Shown here one piece after another: positions 51,723 through 64,000 of a stretch of 64,000 bases of DNA. The translations under genes and the position numbers were made by a program. How positions within the stretch are numbered: the first letter of the stretch is position 1; every line of letters begins with the position of its first letter. A model generated the notes under the pieces. The model was not told the origin of the DNA and searched no databases. It was given only the letters and a program-made list of their open reading frames with translations. This stretch comes from Eledone cirrhosa (Eukaryota). The stretch is from assembly GCA_964016885.1 (NCBI GenBank), contig OZ024742.1, forward strand, positions 70,742,001-70,806,000, given 5' to 3'.

Positions 51723-52795
51723 ATATGGAGCCAAATATAATTGTTCATGGAACTAGGTAGGGTGTAGTTGACACTTTTGTTTACCTGGGTAGTGTCTTAT
51801 CAAGGGATGGTTCACTGGATACAGAAATACACCTGCGCATTCAGAAGGCCCCGACAGCCTTCAGAAAACTTGAAGAGAGAGTGTCAGCGGATCATGGCAT
51901 CAATATCAAGACCAAGATTAGTATGTACAAGAACTGCATTCTGAATGCTCTGTTGTACTCTTTGGAAACATGGACAGCACATCATAAACACCTTAATTTG
52001 CTTGAACACCTTAATCAGAAGTGTTTGAGACAAATCCTAAACATCAAATGGTAACAAAAAATATCTGATACACAAATCCTTTTAGATGCTGGTTGCACGA
52101 GCATTGAATCTACCATCATATCCTCTCAAATGTGTTGGGTAGGCCATGGTGCGCGCATGAATGAGGAAAGCCTCCCAAAACAACTATTTTATAGTCAATT
52201 ACACACTGGGAAACGCCCACAGCACACAAACCAAGAAAAAGATATAAGGATTGCATAAAAAACAACCTTAAAGATCTACAGTTTGAAGTTCAAAACTGGG
52301 AAGTGCTTGCTTTAAAGAGGGGTAAATGGAGAAGACAAGTGAAGGAAGGCTGCAGAATGTTTGAAGAGAGACGTTTTGACCATGAAATACTTAAACATCA
52401 GCTTCAAAAAGGCCACAGTATGAACCTCCATTAGAACATAGGAAGCTGGATTTGTTAGGTGTCTGGTCGTTTACTGCTCTCTAAATCTGGGCATTTAAAA
52501 TCACATAAAAAGCCAACTGTAAGCAGCTTTATCCCTCCAATGCTAAGTGAGACGTGTCAATCTCTGGTCTTAAAAGACATATGAGGGTACATAAGGATGA
52601 CATCCCACAAACTGACCCAATCAATCCAATAGAGGGCACATTTTTTGTCTGTCACATTTGATGCAGACCGTGCAAATTTAATGCTGGACTTAAAAGCCAC
52701 CTAAGAGGCCATGAACGGACGTTTGGAGTTGGTGACGGTTGATGGGGTGCATAGGGAGATGGCAATCATCTGCAAAGATGAAACAATCACCATAT
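51723..52795 (+). mobile_element. BovB-like RTE 3' half, degraded, with terminal C2H2 remnants
   Basis: FVYLGSVLS..EIHLRIQKA..LLYSLETW..CLRQILNIKW; AGLKSHLRGH. Confidence 0.85.
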
Positions 52796-53689
52796 GTCTA
52801 TGTGCGTCTGTACGTATATGTGTGCCTGTCTATGTCTGTCAGATTTCTATATCCTTCTATTATTATTATTACTTTCTATCACTATTATTTCTATGCACTA
52901 TTATCTCTATTAATTCTTTTTTTAACTCGTTTCATTTTTTGACAAAAACTGGAACTGTCTTTAATGATACAATGAACTAGCACCAGGTTGTACAAGTGCG
53001 CCCCCCCCCCCTCCACCAATAGGGTCGCCGTCCCTTTCAGCTTCCTGTTTACACCAAAGCATCTTTGAATGACCAAAATACATTCCAAAACACGTCCACG
53101 CGCGCACCTACACACACACATGAATCTTTACATGCTCGTACACACACAAATATCTGTGAATACACACCCGCATAGCTGCCCCCCACCAATTACACCACGA
53201 TACACACATACGCCCACACACAAAAAAACAGGGCCGATGCTTATATATATATATATATATATATACCTGTTCATCTCACATACCACAACAAAAATTTTTT
53301 TTTTGTCACATCGCTAGTCTGAGGAGCAGATCAATAGTGGAATCTGGTCTGTAACTCCGTAATGTTAAAGGATCATATGTATTATGATTATGTTTCTCTA
53401 CAGAAAAGCTCAATTGACGTTTGCCCAGAGCATCAATTCAAATTAAAAGATATATATCGAGAGAGAAAGAGCCATATATCATTCAAGAAATACAGTATTT
53501 TTTACATATATATATAAAGCACATAATATTTAGGAGAAGGATGAAGCTTTACTACAGTGGAGAGAGCTGGGTTTGTCAATTCCCAATACTGACAAGGATA
53601 AACGGAAGCAGAGAGTATGGGACAATCTGCAATCGAGTGAACTCTCTTTAATCATCCCGATCAATTTTCTAGGTGCCAATTACTTTCTG

Positions 53690-54582
53690 CAAGCACAAAG
53701 TTCTTGGAGGACTGGATTGATGCCCTGCCTGTGGCCAACATTGATGGTCTTCTCAGTCAGGACAAGCTCTGCATCTCCATTGCACTCTGGGTGGGAGCCA
53801 ATATTTGTAGGGGTCTGGTTTGTTGCTGTGGTAGGTCCCTCAACTCTACAGGCCTCCATGGTTTGTCCTGCTGCCTGAACGCTGGTTGCTTTGCCTGCCA
53901 CACCAAACTAAGCTTGATCATTAAGTGGGCCCTAGCTCAGGTAAATATCTCCTCAGTTCTGGAGCCGGCTGGATAATCCAAAAGTGATGGGAAGACATCA
54001 GACAGCCTTACTGTTTGTCTCTGGGTAAGAGCCAGCTGTCTCATCTGGGACACCACAGTCAGTGACTCTTTTGCTCCCTCCCACATCATAGATGCCGCAA
54101 TAATGTGGGGGTTACTGGCTCCATTGCTGAACGACATAAAATTCGAAAATCCCGGGAACTATCTAACAATTTTTTTTCTAGTCTGTGGCGTTCGAGACGT
54201 TTGGAGTTGGTCTGCTGACAGCGAAGTTCTTTTCATTGTTGGAGGTTCGTTTTTCTAAGCTGTCAGGTGATGCCCATGAGGGTGACTGACAGTTTCAGCG
54301 CCTTAGCCTCGCCATCACCCGTGGCATTGCTGCGAGCGTATTGGTTCGCCTCAAAATATTCCGTTGACCCTTGTGATGTGCGGCCGATTGTCGCATTTGG
54401 TGGTGAATTGATGGTCGTTTTTGTTTCCCTTTCTCTCGCTCTGATCATACATTTCGGTGCATTGTATTTGTGAGGTTCATAACAATAGTTAATTTTATTT
54501 GTTATATGTGTTTATATTTTCATTCTAAAAGAATTGTGAGCAATTTGTAATGTTATTTATGTATATTTAAAACAAATAAATT
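53690..54582 (+). mobile_element. CRE-like (RLE) non-LTR retrotransposon 3' part
   Basis: WIDALPV..CCCG..GLHGLSC..LEP.G..SDGKTSDSLT..LIWDTTV.D..FET; AT-rich UTR. Confidence 0.75.
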
Positions 54583-55100
54583 CTTTCAACGCTAAAATTT
54601 TATTCGCAATTATATAAATAACATTACAAATTGTTCAGTTCTTTCAGAATGAAAATAAAAACACAAATATAAATACAATTAACTATTGCTGGGAACCAAA
54701 ATATACGACCAGAGCGAGAGAAAGAACGAATAGGCTATGTAGCCGGTAAACACTAAAGGGACGCAACACACATCGCTATAGTGTTTCACCAGCCCTTTCC
54801 TTGTTGTTTGTATCTGTTAATTTATTTACGTGCAGATATGTGTGTATTTAATTAAAGCCTAACGTATGTTACGAATGGACGGCTAAATGGTATTAACTTG
54901 TTTTTTAACAATTGATGGTGGAAAATATTTTAAATTATCTTAACTCGGCCCGCAACGTATGGTGTCTGACACTCTTACCGGTTACATAGTCTCTTCCGAG
55001 AAAGAAAAAAAATCGACCATCAATTCACCACCAACTACGACAGTCGGCTGCACATCATATCGATGGATATAGGAGGCGATCACAATTTTTTTAAATACAC

Positions 55101-55288
55101 AATTGTTTCTACTTTTGGCACAAGGTCAGCAGTTACCCAGTATATTACTGGTACTTTATTTTATCGACCCCCGTAAGGATGAAAGGCAAAGTTAACCTCG
55201 GCGGGATTTGAACTCAGAACGTAAAGAGACGTAACTATGCTAGAAAGCATGGCGTCCAACCCTCTACCGATACTGCCAATTCACCGCC
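55101..55288 (-). mobile_element. SINE family 1, full length
   Basis: Minus strand GGCGGTGAATTGGCAGTATCGG (A box) and GAGTTCAAATCCC (B box); a truncated copy also lies at 55508-55609. Confidence 0.92.
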
Positions 55289-56109
55289 CTTTTTAAAAAT
55301 ACATAATACGTTAATAGAGCACCTGTATTTTATATAGAAATTACTTTTACAGGACTAGAACTATCTCATTCGTATGAAATCACCATGAAAGTCATGGAAT
55401 GAATATTGAGAAGGGTAATGGGGGAGGTGATGTAGAAGACGATGGAGAGAAGGGGGAGTAGATGGAGTACGAAGATGGGGAGAAGGAAAGCAAAAAGTAG
55501 GTAATAATTGTTTCTACTTTTGGCACAAGGCCAGCAATTACACAGTGCATTACTGGTACTTTATTTTATCGACCCCGTAAGGATGAAAGGCAAAGTTAAC
55601 CTCGGCGGGTAATAATAGGGAGCAAGATGATTAAGATGTGGAGGAAAGAGGATGTTTTTTTAATAGTTGCTTTGTAGTTTTCTAGGAAAACATTAAGGAT
55701 TGTTGCTATGTATCAATGGCTTTGGTTCGTCAAAGTTGTTTACTAAAATAAATACTTTTAATTTTAGGGGTTCAAACACTCTGTCATTCACACATTTATA
55801 TACAGATACCTATACACACACACTGCCGTGTATATATATAATTATATGTATAGAGTACTGGTTTTATCGATCTCTATTGAATAGCAAAGTTACTTTTTTG
55901 AGGTAGATAGACTCACATCGACATACACAATTAACTTACTTAGTCTTCTCTTGACTGAGGCTTTCTCCATCAACTGACTACCACCAGTTTCTTCGATCAG
56001 ATGTTTTGGTTTTTTACTGTTGACCACATATAACCATGTATCTTCCTTTACTAACCATCACATGGTCTTGACTTTAGGAGCGAACAATGACATTTTCAAA
56101 ATTTGAATT

Positions 56110-56520
56110 TGATTTAACGAAAATTGCAATGGTGTATCGAAAAACGAAACTATATCAACATCTTTAGTTTCGTAAAATATTTTCTGTATTTTCCTTCTAT
56201 TATTTTATTAAATACATATGAACAAAACAAATGCACTTAAAATATATATACAATATAGATAATTATATCAATAATACTTACATATCAAAACAGACCCAAA
56301 GTGGAAAATATCACATATAATTAAGTAGTGGACAATGACAAAGTTAGAATGACAATGACAGATCAAGGAGAACTTCAATCTATTACAGTTAACGTTAATT
56401 TATATTTTCAAACCAATACAGTAAAGAATGCCGTATTTATTTTATCACGGGATTAATTGCCAATTAGTTGTATTTAACTAGAGATGATAAAGTAATATAG
56501 ATATGTAGGGATAGTAACTC
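56110..56520 (-). promoter_or_regulatory. Orphan ZNF first-exon/promoter module
   Basis: Homologous to 16815-17310, including the GTAAGT donor at 56276-56281; lacks the CAGGAAGTGAA box. Confidence 0.6.
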
Positions 56521-57039
56521 AATCTCTATTGTTAACGTTCGATCAATATATAAAATTCAGTTTCATAAATAATGTTACTGTTAATATTTTTTTTTTTTTT
56601 ACCACAGCTAAAAATATATACTCTCACTTTTTTCTAACCGAGCTGAAACTTAACACTTTTCTCTTCCCTCGCTGTAAAATACCAGCAATACACGGTTCAA
56701 CTTTTATTGTCTTACCTTGACTTTAAATATATTATGGAGGAAATCTTTTATTGTTTTGTTACATTCATTGGTCTGTAACCAGTTTCTCCAGTTTTTACTG
56801 TCTCCAGTTGTCATTAAAAATAAAACTGTATAAATACTACCATTTCTCTAACATTTACCATAAATTCAGGTATAGTATATATCCCACAAGTAACATATTG
56901 CGGCTTGAGAAAATATTGTTCAATGAGATTTGCACTTAAGTGTATATATGGCTAATTAAATCAGTATCGTAAAAAATATTTAATTTATTAATTCTTTCAG
57001 AAAGATATATTCTTTTAATATTATAATATTAAAGAAAAT

Positions 57040-57570
57040 GTAAAGGAAGGGGTCAACAACCGAGCCAACACCAGAACAAAAGACAGCAACATTGCGAGGA
57101 GTACCGGGCAACCTCTCTAATGATTTTTTAGGCAAGCCAGCGCACTCGCAGCATTGCCTGCGGAAGCTGTGGCTCTCGTCCTAACCGCAGCATCCAGGAT
57201 GTGGGAAAGAGCAAAAGAGTCACTAACAGTGACGTCCCAGACAAGGCACCTGCCTCTCGACCAGGAGCACAGGGTAAGGCCGTCAGGTCTTTTGCCATCA
57301 CTTCTGGACAACCCAGATGGTTCTAAGATTGAAGGGATGTTTGCCTGAGCCAAAGCTCTCCTGAGAATGAAGTTTAGCTCCGTGTGACGTGCGAAGAGGC
57401 CGGCAATCAAGCAGCAAGAAAGACCGTGGAGTCGAGGAGTTTGCCGCATCGGCACCTCAAACCCATGCAGACGTCAGCTCCCACTCAGAGGGCGATGGAG
57501 ACACGAAGTTCGTCCAGGCTGAGTAGGCCACCAACGTTGGCTACGGGTAGGGCATTAACCCAGTCGCCCA
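57040..57570 (-). mobile_element. CRE-like (RLE) non-LTR fragment
   Basis: LHGLSC..FARHTELN..LEPSGLSRSDGKRPDGLTLCSWSRGRCLVWDVTVSD. Confidence 0.82.
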
Positions 57571-57650
57571 GATAGTATTGATTTATAAAATAATGTTTTA
57601 CCATAGATATCGCAATGGTTTGATTTATTTAACATGTGAATATATATATA

Positions 57651-60600
57651 CTAGCAGAAGTACCCGGTGTTGCCCGGGTGTAAGTCGACCTTTGCTCTAT
57701 TGTTAAAATGTGTGAAAGTTACTTCCCACGCATCACAGGTGCAAAAACCTTCGAACCTCAAGGAAAAAAACAGAGGTTAGTAGACGCAGGTGTGTAATTG
57801 AGCATAAATAATGGATCAATTGTAGGTTCAGAGTGTATCGTTGAAATTGTTCTTTGCACGACTGACGGAAGTCAAATTCCCTTGAAATAGAATTTTCTGT
57901 TGATTTTTAAAACAGGGTGAAAAGGTCGATTTTTTCACAGTTTTTTTTTTTTTTTTTACAATTTTCGCGCTCACATGTGCAGAAGAAGAAATAAAAAGGA
58001 CTTTATCTGAACCGCGGCATAATGGCGAGTCTTTTGCGACAGTTTTCAAGAAAATCTGATGTTCCTGTAAAAAGTTTTCCCATGTGCAACTTTGCCTTGT
58101 TTTTTGCGCAAAGTCGAACCCCGCTTCAGTTTTATTGATTTTTTACATGAATGCGTGACCTCTGAAGTAGATTTGAGTAGCTAAAAACCTGTCCCGGTAA
58201 ATTTGATATAGGTGAAAAAAAGTTGATCAAAATTGTGTCTAGGGTTATTGCCCTTGGCAACAGCCTCAACATGTCTTCAAGTATGGTTTGTTAATTTGTT
58301 GTGGAACTAAATCGACTTTCGTCAAATCGGACCGAGGAAACAATGTTTCCATTTGTCTTTCTAGCTGGTGTACCCGGTTACACTCGGGGTTATAAGGCGC
58401 TGGATTTAAACGGGTCTGCGCTAAATTCCAGCAGGATGCTTTAACCGAAATAAATGAAGAACAAACGTTTCTTTTTGTGCTCCAATCTGTGATATTGGTA
58501 TTTTGAAAAAATAGTCCACAAACATCCATGGAGCATGTGTAACGAATGTATCAGGTGATGAGAAAAAGAGTTTTCGATTCTCTATTCATAAGATACCAAA
58601 AAATTGCATGCAAATAAACCGGGATTTTAAGGCACTGCCCAATTCATAGCTGAAAGGTAAGAATCGAGTGGAATAATGTTTTGCGACATTGTCAAATGTA
58701 CAACCGTACAAAAGCAAAGGATATAGCCATTGAAATCTAGGTAGACCAAAGAATTTGGTGGAGTTGTATATCAGAGGATTGTTTTCCTTGTGATTCGCGT
58801 CTAGCCTACAAAGTGAAGTTAGATGATTGTAGTCGGTTGTGTATCAATAAAAAATAAAAGCATACGGAAGACTGAACACTTACGAATTAAGTGAAAATCA
58901 TGTTGATATTCCTATCGGAGCAACATGTGCCGAAAAACCTGACGGACTGTTGTGTCAATATTGAAATCGTAGAAATTGCGAATCCCGACCTCTAAGATGT
59001 AATGGATAGGCCTTGGAGGTGAAGAGGAAGAATTGGTACAATTGTTTTGCTGAACATGTTGACCATTAATTTAAATAGACTTACGCAGCATCATCGTGCG
59101 GTTTTATTGTTTATGGCCTAGAATGAAGGCCGGTTAAACGCGGCAGAAAAATAAGCCATGCTGATGATGTTTAGAAGCGTCGCAGAGAATAGATGCAGCG
59201 TTGTGAGTCAATTGTGAGGACAGTGGAAGGCACGCTGATCGCTTGAGAAGACGCGATGCTACACGGGATGCTTCTCGGCCATAATTGACAGAAAGGCATG
59301 TCAGGAGAAATGAAAGAGTTGCTATTCATCCTTTGCTTAGTATGATGAACATGTAATTAAAAAGATTTTCCATGGACTATCGTGCACGTTGGTATTGTGT
59401 TTAGCCTGCGAAAATCGGTGGTCAAATGGGGCAACAATAAGCCATGCTGATGACGTTTAAGCGGGTGGCAAGGAATTGATGCGGCATAGATAGCCATGGG
59501 AATCTTGAAGGAGCACGGCGGGCAGGCAAAAGAAGGGCCGAGGAGGGGATGGTGACTGACAGTGCATGGATGCGACATACTGAGGCATGACGATGCAGTG
59601 GGACGACGGCCAGCAGGCAAGGAAGAGGGCAGGAGTGGACGGTGGCAAGGATTCCGCATGGTGAGCCATGGCAGTCTTGAAGGAGCACTGCGGGCAGGAA
59701 AAAGAAAGGGCCGAGGAGGGGATGGCAGCTGACAGAGCATTGATGCGGCATGTTGATGCATGACGATGCAGTGGGACGACGGCGTGCAGGGAACGGAGAG
59801 GGCAGGGGTTGACGGTGGCAGGGATGCGACTTGGTTCCTCAAGACAGCCATGCCTAGGCAGTGGAAAGGGTCGGGGAGTGGATGGCGGCTGACAGGGCAG
59901 GTATGCAACATGATGAGGCATGACGAACGGGCAGGGTGCATGGCGGCTGACAGGGCGTGGATGTGGCATGCCAATTGAGTTGCACCTCGGGAATGTAGAG
60001 AGCACCGGGAGGCACGATGATTGTTTGAGAAAACCGGGTGCAAAGCAGGATGTTTATCGGTCATACATGATTGGCAGGCTTTGGAGGAGAAAGGGATGAA
60101 TTTGTGTTTAATTTTGTTAAATATGGTCAAAATGAATGTAAAAAGACTTACACAGAATCGTTTTCATGTTTGGTGCAGGGAAGGGAGAGGGCAGGAGTTG
60201 ACGGTGGCAGGGATTCCGCATGGTGATCCATGGCACTCGTGAAGGACCAGGCGTGTGGGTAAGGGAGAGGGCAGGGGAGGGCATGGCGGCTGACAGAGCA
60301 TGGATGCGGCATGACGATACAGTGGGATGACGGCAACTTACCACGGAGGGCAGGCAATGGAAAGGGCGGGGAATGAATTGCGGCTGATAGGGCAGAGATG
60401 CGCATGGTGATGCACAACGATGCAGTGGGTCAACGGCATGCAGGGAAGGGAGAGAGCAGGGGTTGATGGATGCCTCATTATGCTACGGTAGTGGGACCAC
60501 GGGAATGAAGAGAGCGCATGGAGGCTCGATGATCGCTTGAGAAGACTGAGCGCAATACAGGATGATGCGCGGAGGTATAGTCTTGATAGTCCTTATATAA

Positions 60601-61075
60601 GAAATAGAAGAATCGGCATAAAAGGTCTGCTGAATATGGTGCGCGTTAATTTAAAGAGATTTACGATGGATAATCCTGATAGATTGAACGTTTTTTGCAT
60701 GGCGGGAGTCGCGACAAATGGAAGCAAGAAGAATGGCGTTTTTCGGTTGCCGGATTTTTTCCTCTGGGGGTCCGATTGAAAATTTCGAGTACCCCACATC
60801 AAAATACATACCTACGTCAAATTTCATTGGAATCGGACAAATTTCGTAAATATCGATTTTTGTCTCTGGTGATCCAATTATTGCCCACTTTCATCCCCGG
60901 ATCGAAACACACACTTGCGTTGAGTTTCATCGAAATCGGACGATTTTTGAAAATATCGATGTTTGGATTCTGGGGCCCGATTATCGAGTTTCATGAAAAT
61001 CGGATGAACGGTGTAGCCTGCAAGTTCAGGACACCAAACAAACAAACAACGCCCAACTTCACCTTATATATAAGA
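57651..61075 (-). mobile_element. Non-autonomous or degraded Helitron (3.4 kb)
   Basis: Minus strand: A|TCTTATATATAAGG 5' end at 61075; CCCGGGCAACACCGGG hairpin then CTAG|T at 57651; GC-rich internal repeats at about 59130-60570. Confidence 0.82.
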
Positions 61076-61439
61076 TATATATATATATAGAGAGAGAGAG
61101 AGAAAAATTATTGGAGAATAAACAAGCAAAATTCTTGAAAAAATGTTTCAAAGGACAAAACACAATTCGATCTATAAGAACGAGACCTATCAATATTTGA
61201 ACCAATAGGTGTAGGTGATATTAAAATCAAACTATGTTCGGACCTCATCTTCAGAACGTAAAAAAACAAATTTAAAAAATACACGTCACTTATGGAGGAA
61301 ACTGGAAAAAACATGAAACACGTACCATACAACTTACCAATAGAAGAACCAAGTGGGAAAGTTGAAACATTCTTATGTTAAAAAATGCGTTAGGCGGCAT
61401 AATTTCGGTGGACTGACATAACCGGATCACAAATAACTC

Positions 61440-62179
<740 letters not shown>

Positions 62180-62452
62180 AATGTCATTTCTTGTTTACAA
62201 AACACAAATATAATTCCTTCTTTATATTCTTATTTTTTAAATCAATTTAGAAATGTATAAAGCAAAGTGACAGTTTGATTAACATACTAGACTACTGAGA
62301 TTAAAACTTACTGCTGATAATACAGTCTATTTTCTCAGACAATAAAAAATTAAACATGTGAAAATATCTGTAGTTATGCCTCAACTATACATACATTTTT
62401 AGAATATATTTGTAGACAAATACATTCTCTCAGATTTTAATTTTGTAATTAA

Positions 62453-62661
62453 CCCTTAGCATTCACATTACTCTATATATACTATTATATTTTCACGGTA
62501 AAGGCTTTATCTCGCATAATTATCTCACATAATATCGAATCTATGAGATTTTGAAAGTATTTATTTTGAGAACAATACCTTAACATCAGTTTGAGCGACC
62601 GGCTACAGCTAGTTTCAACAGAAAGAGGTAGGGAATTCTGGCCGGTTTGAACATTAAAGGG
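62453..62661. mobile_element. piggyBac-type MITE in the ZNF-4 5'UTR
   Basis: TTAA|CCCTTAGCATTCA..TGAACATTAAAGGG|TTAA; paralogues show the empty site GTAATTAAATCTAATC (about 3494 and 14763). Confidence 0.88.
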
Positions 62662-63703
62662 TTAAATCTAATCAACTGAAAGATGGCTATATTTGTTCCA
62701 GTAGTCAAAATATATCTATCGATGGTTAAGTTTTCTATTAAATTTCTGAAGTTCCATCATTATTCAGAATAATCCAGGAAATATAATTCCAATCAACTTG
62801 GAAAAGTTTCTGTTAAGTTAGATAACCTCTGTCACGTATTCTCCATAAAGTAATTTCTTCAGTTTTTACATTCTTTATAAATTTGTTGGTGTGTGTTGTG
62901 TAAGAACTTGTCACATTAATGGTACTAGATATACTGAAATATAAAGAGACTGTAGAAAATATATTTAGATTATTAAATGTCAACAAACAGTGTATTAGAA
63001 AGAGGTTACTTGACAAGAGATATTGAAATATAAAACTAGGAAGAGAAAGGAAATATTTACAGAGAAAAGATGCATAGTATAGACATATTATAATGAAAAA
63101 GAAGATACACTGGTGAGTACTGCCACCCTATGCTATCAGTAGTCAACCCTACCCCCTACTCATCACCCTGTCAAATCCTACATTTGTCATATATCCATAA
63201 TATCATACTTATCTTCCTATTCCCCACACAATGTAGAACAGAGAGGGCTCTTTAATTGAGACAATGACCAACAACCTCTCTAGTGCTTGTGCCACAAATA
63301 TACACCCAGTAAGGCAATAGGAAGGGGACTCTGCTGTAGAAACCATGTGAAATACTCAAGTGGACTCTTTAATTGTGTCAACAGTACAACCTCATTAGTC
63401 TTAGTGATCTATATGATAAACATTTCCAGTATATGCTGTAAACTGGTTGATGATAGAAAGGGCATCCAGTCATAGAAGATCTGCCAAACAAAGGGTCAAG
63501 TGGACTCTTCAGCTATCTTGAAAACATAACAACCTTCCTAGTGCTGGTATTACAAAAAATGCACTCGATAGAGCATGAAATCATATGTAAGCGAGATGCA
63601 GGACCTCAGCCTATTTGAGAGATCAGTAGCACCCTTGAGTACTCAGTCTGTGAAGTCCAGACCAATCCTTGCTAGCATGGAAAAGGAAAGGACATTAAAT
63701 GAT

Positions 63704-63866
63704 AATTGTTTCTACTATTGGCACAAGGCCAGCAATTACCCAGTACATTACTGGTACTTTATTTTATTGACCCCGTAAGGATGAAAGGCAAAGTTAACCT
63801 CGGCGGGATTTGAACTCAGAATGGCAAGGGCCGTAACTCTATGCGTCAAAGCATGGTGTCCGACCC
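63704..63866 (-). mobile_element. SINE family 1
   Basis: Matches family consensus; preceded by a degraded RTE-type tail at about 63300-63700. Confidence 0.88.
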
Positions 63867-64000
63867 TAATGATGAATAACGATATTTCACTCTGTAAATA
63901 CCAAATTATAAAGTCAAGTAACTGCTGGCTCCACATCAAACCTGAATTCAACAAAGGTTGTATTAAGGGACTGTATGCTAAGTTTAAAATGTCAAGTCCT

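Noticed and set aside
59357-60417. Pro/Cys/His-rich ORFs of 180-257 aa
   Set aside because: Open in several frames because of GC-rich tandem repeats; no recognisable domain.

Overview
Eukaryotic, AT-rich, repeat-dense window, most likely from an octopod cephalopod (inferred from the gene and repeat content; not database-checked). It holds a tandem minus-strand cluster of KRAB-less C2H2 zinc-finger genes, each with one coding exon: three intact ORFs with 14, 11 and 20 intact fingers, and one frameshifted pseudogene. Each gene sits in a duplicated unit comprising an upstream non-coding exon/promoter module, an intron, a conserved acceptor/5'UTR, an acidic leader, a finger array and a 3'UTR made of decayed fingers. 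A further promoter module at about 56.2 kb has no coding exon of its own. The rest is transposons: young RTE-type LINEs with a PHD-like finger inside the RT, two main tRNA-derived SINE families, CR1, L1/Tx1-like, CRE-like and Penelope (GIY-YIG) elements, two non-autonomous Helitrons, and hAT- and piggyBac-type MITEs. A nest of about 22 kb (29.6-51.3 kb) is built almost entirely on (TA)n junctions and contains 1-2 kb TA/TACA tracts. Several retroelement-centred fold-back palindromes, a probable twin-primed RTE insertion and hammerhead-like motifs are also visible. Most ORFs in the supplied track are microsatellite or antisense artefacts. All calls come from reading by eye, and many boundaries are approximate.
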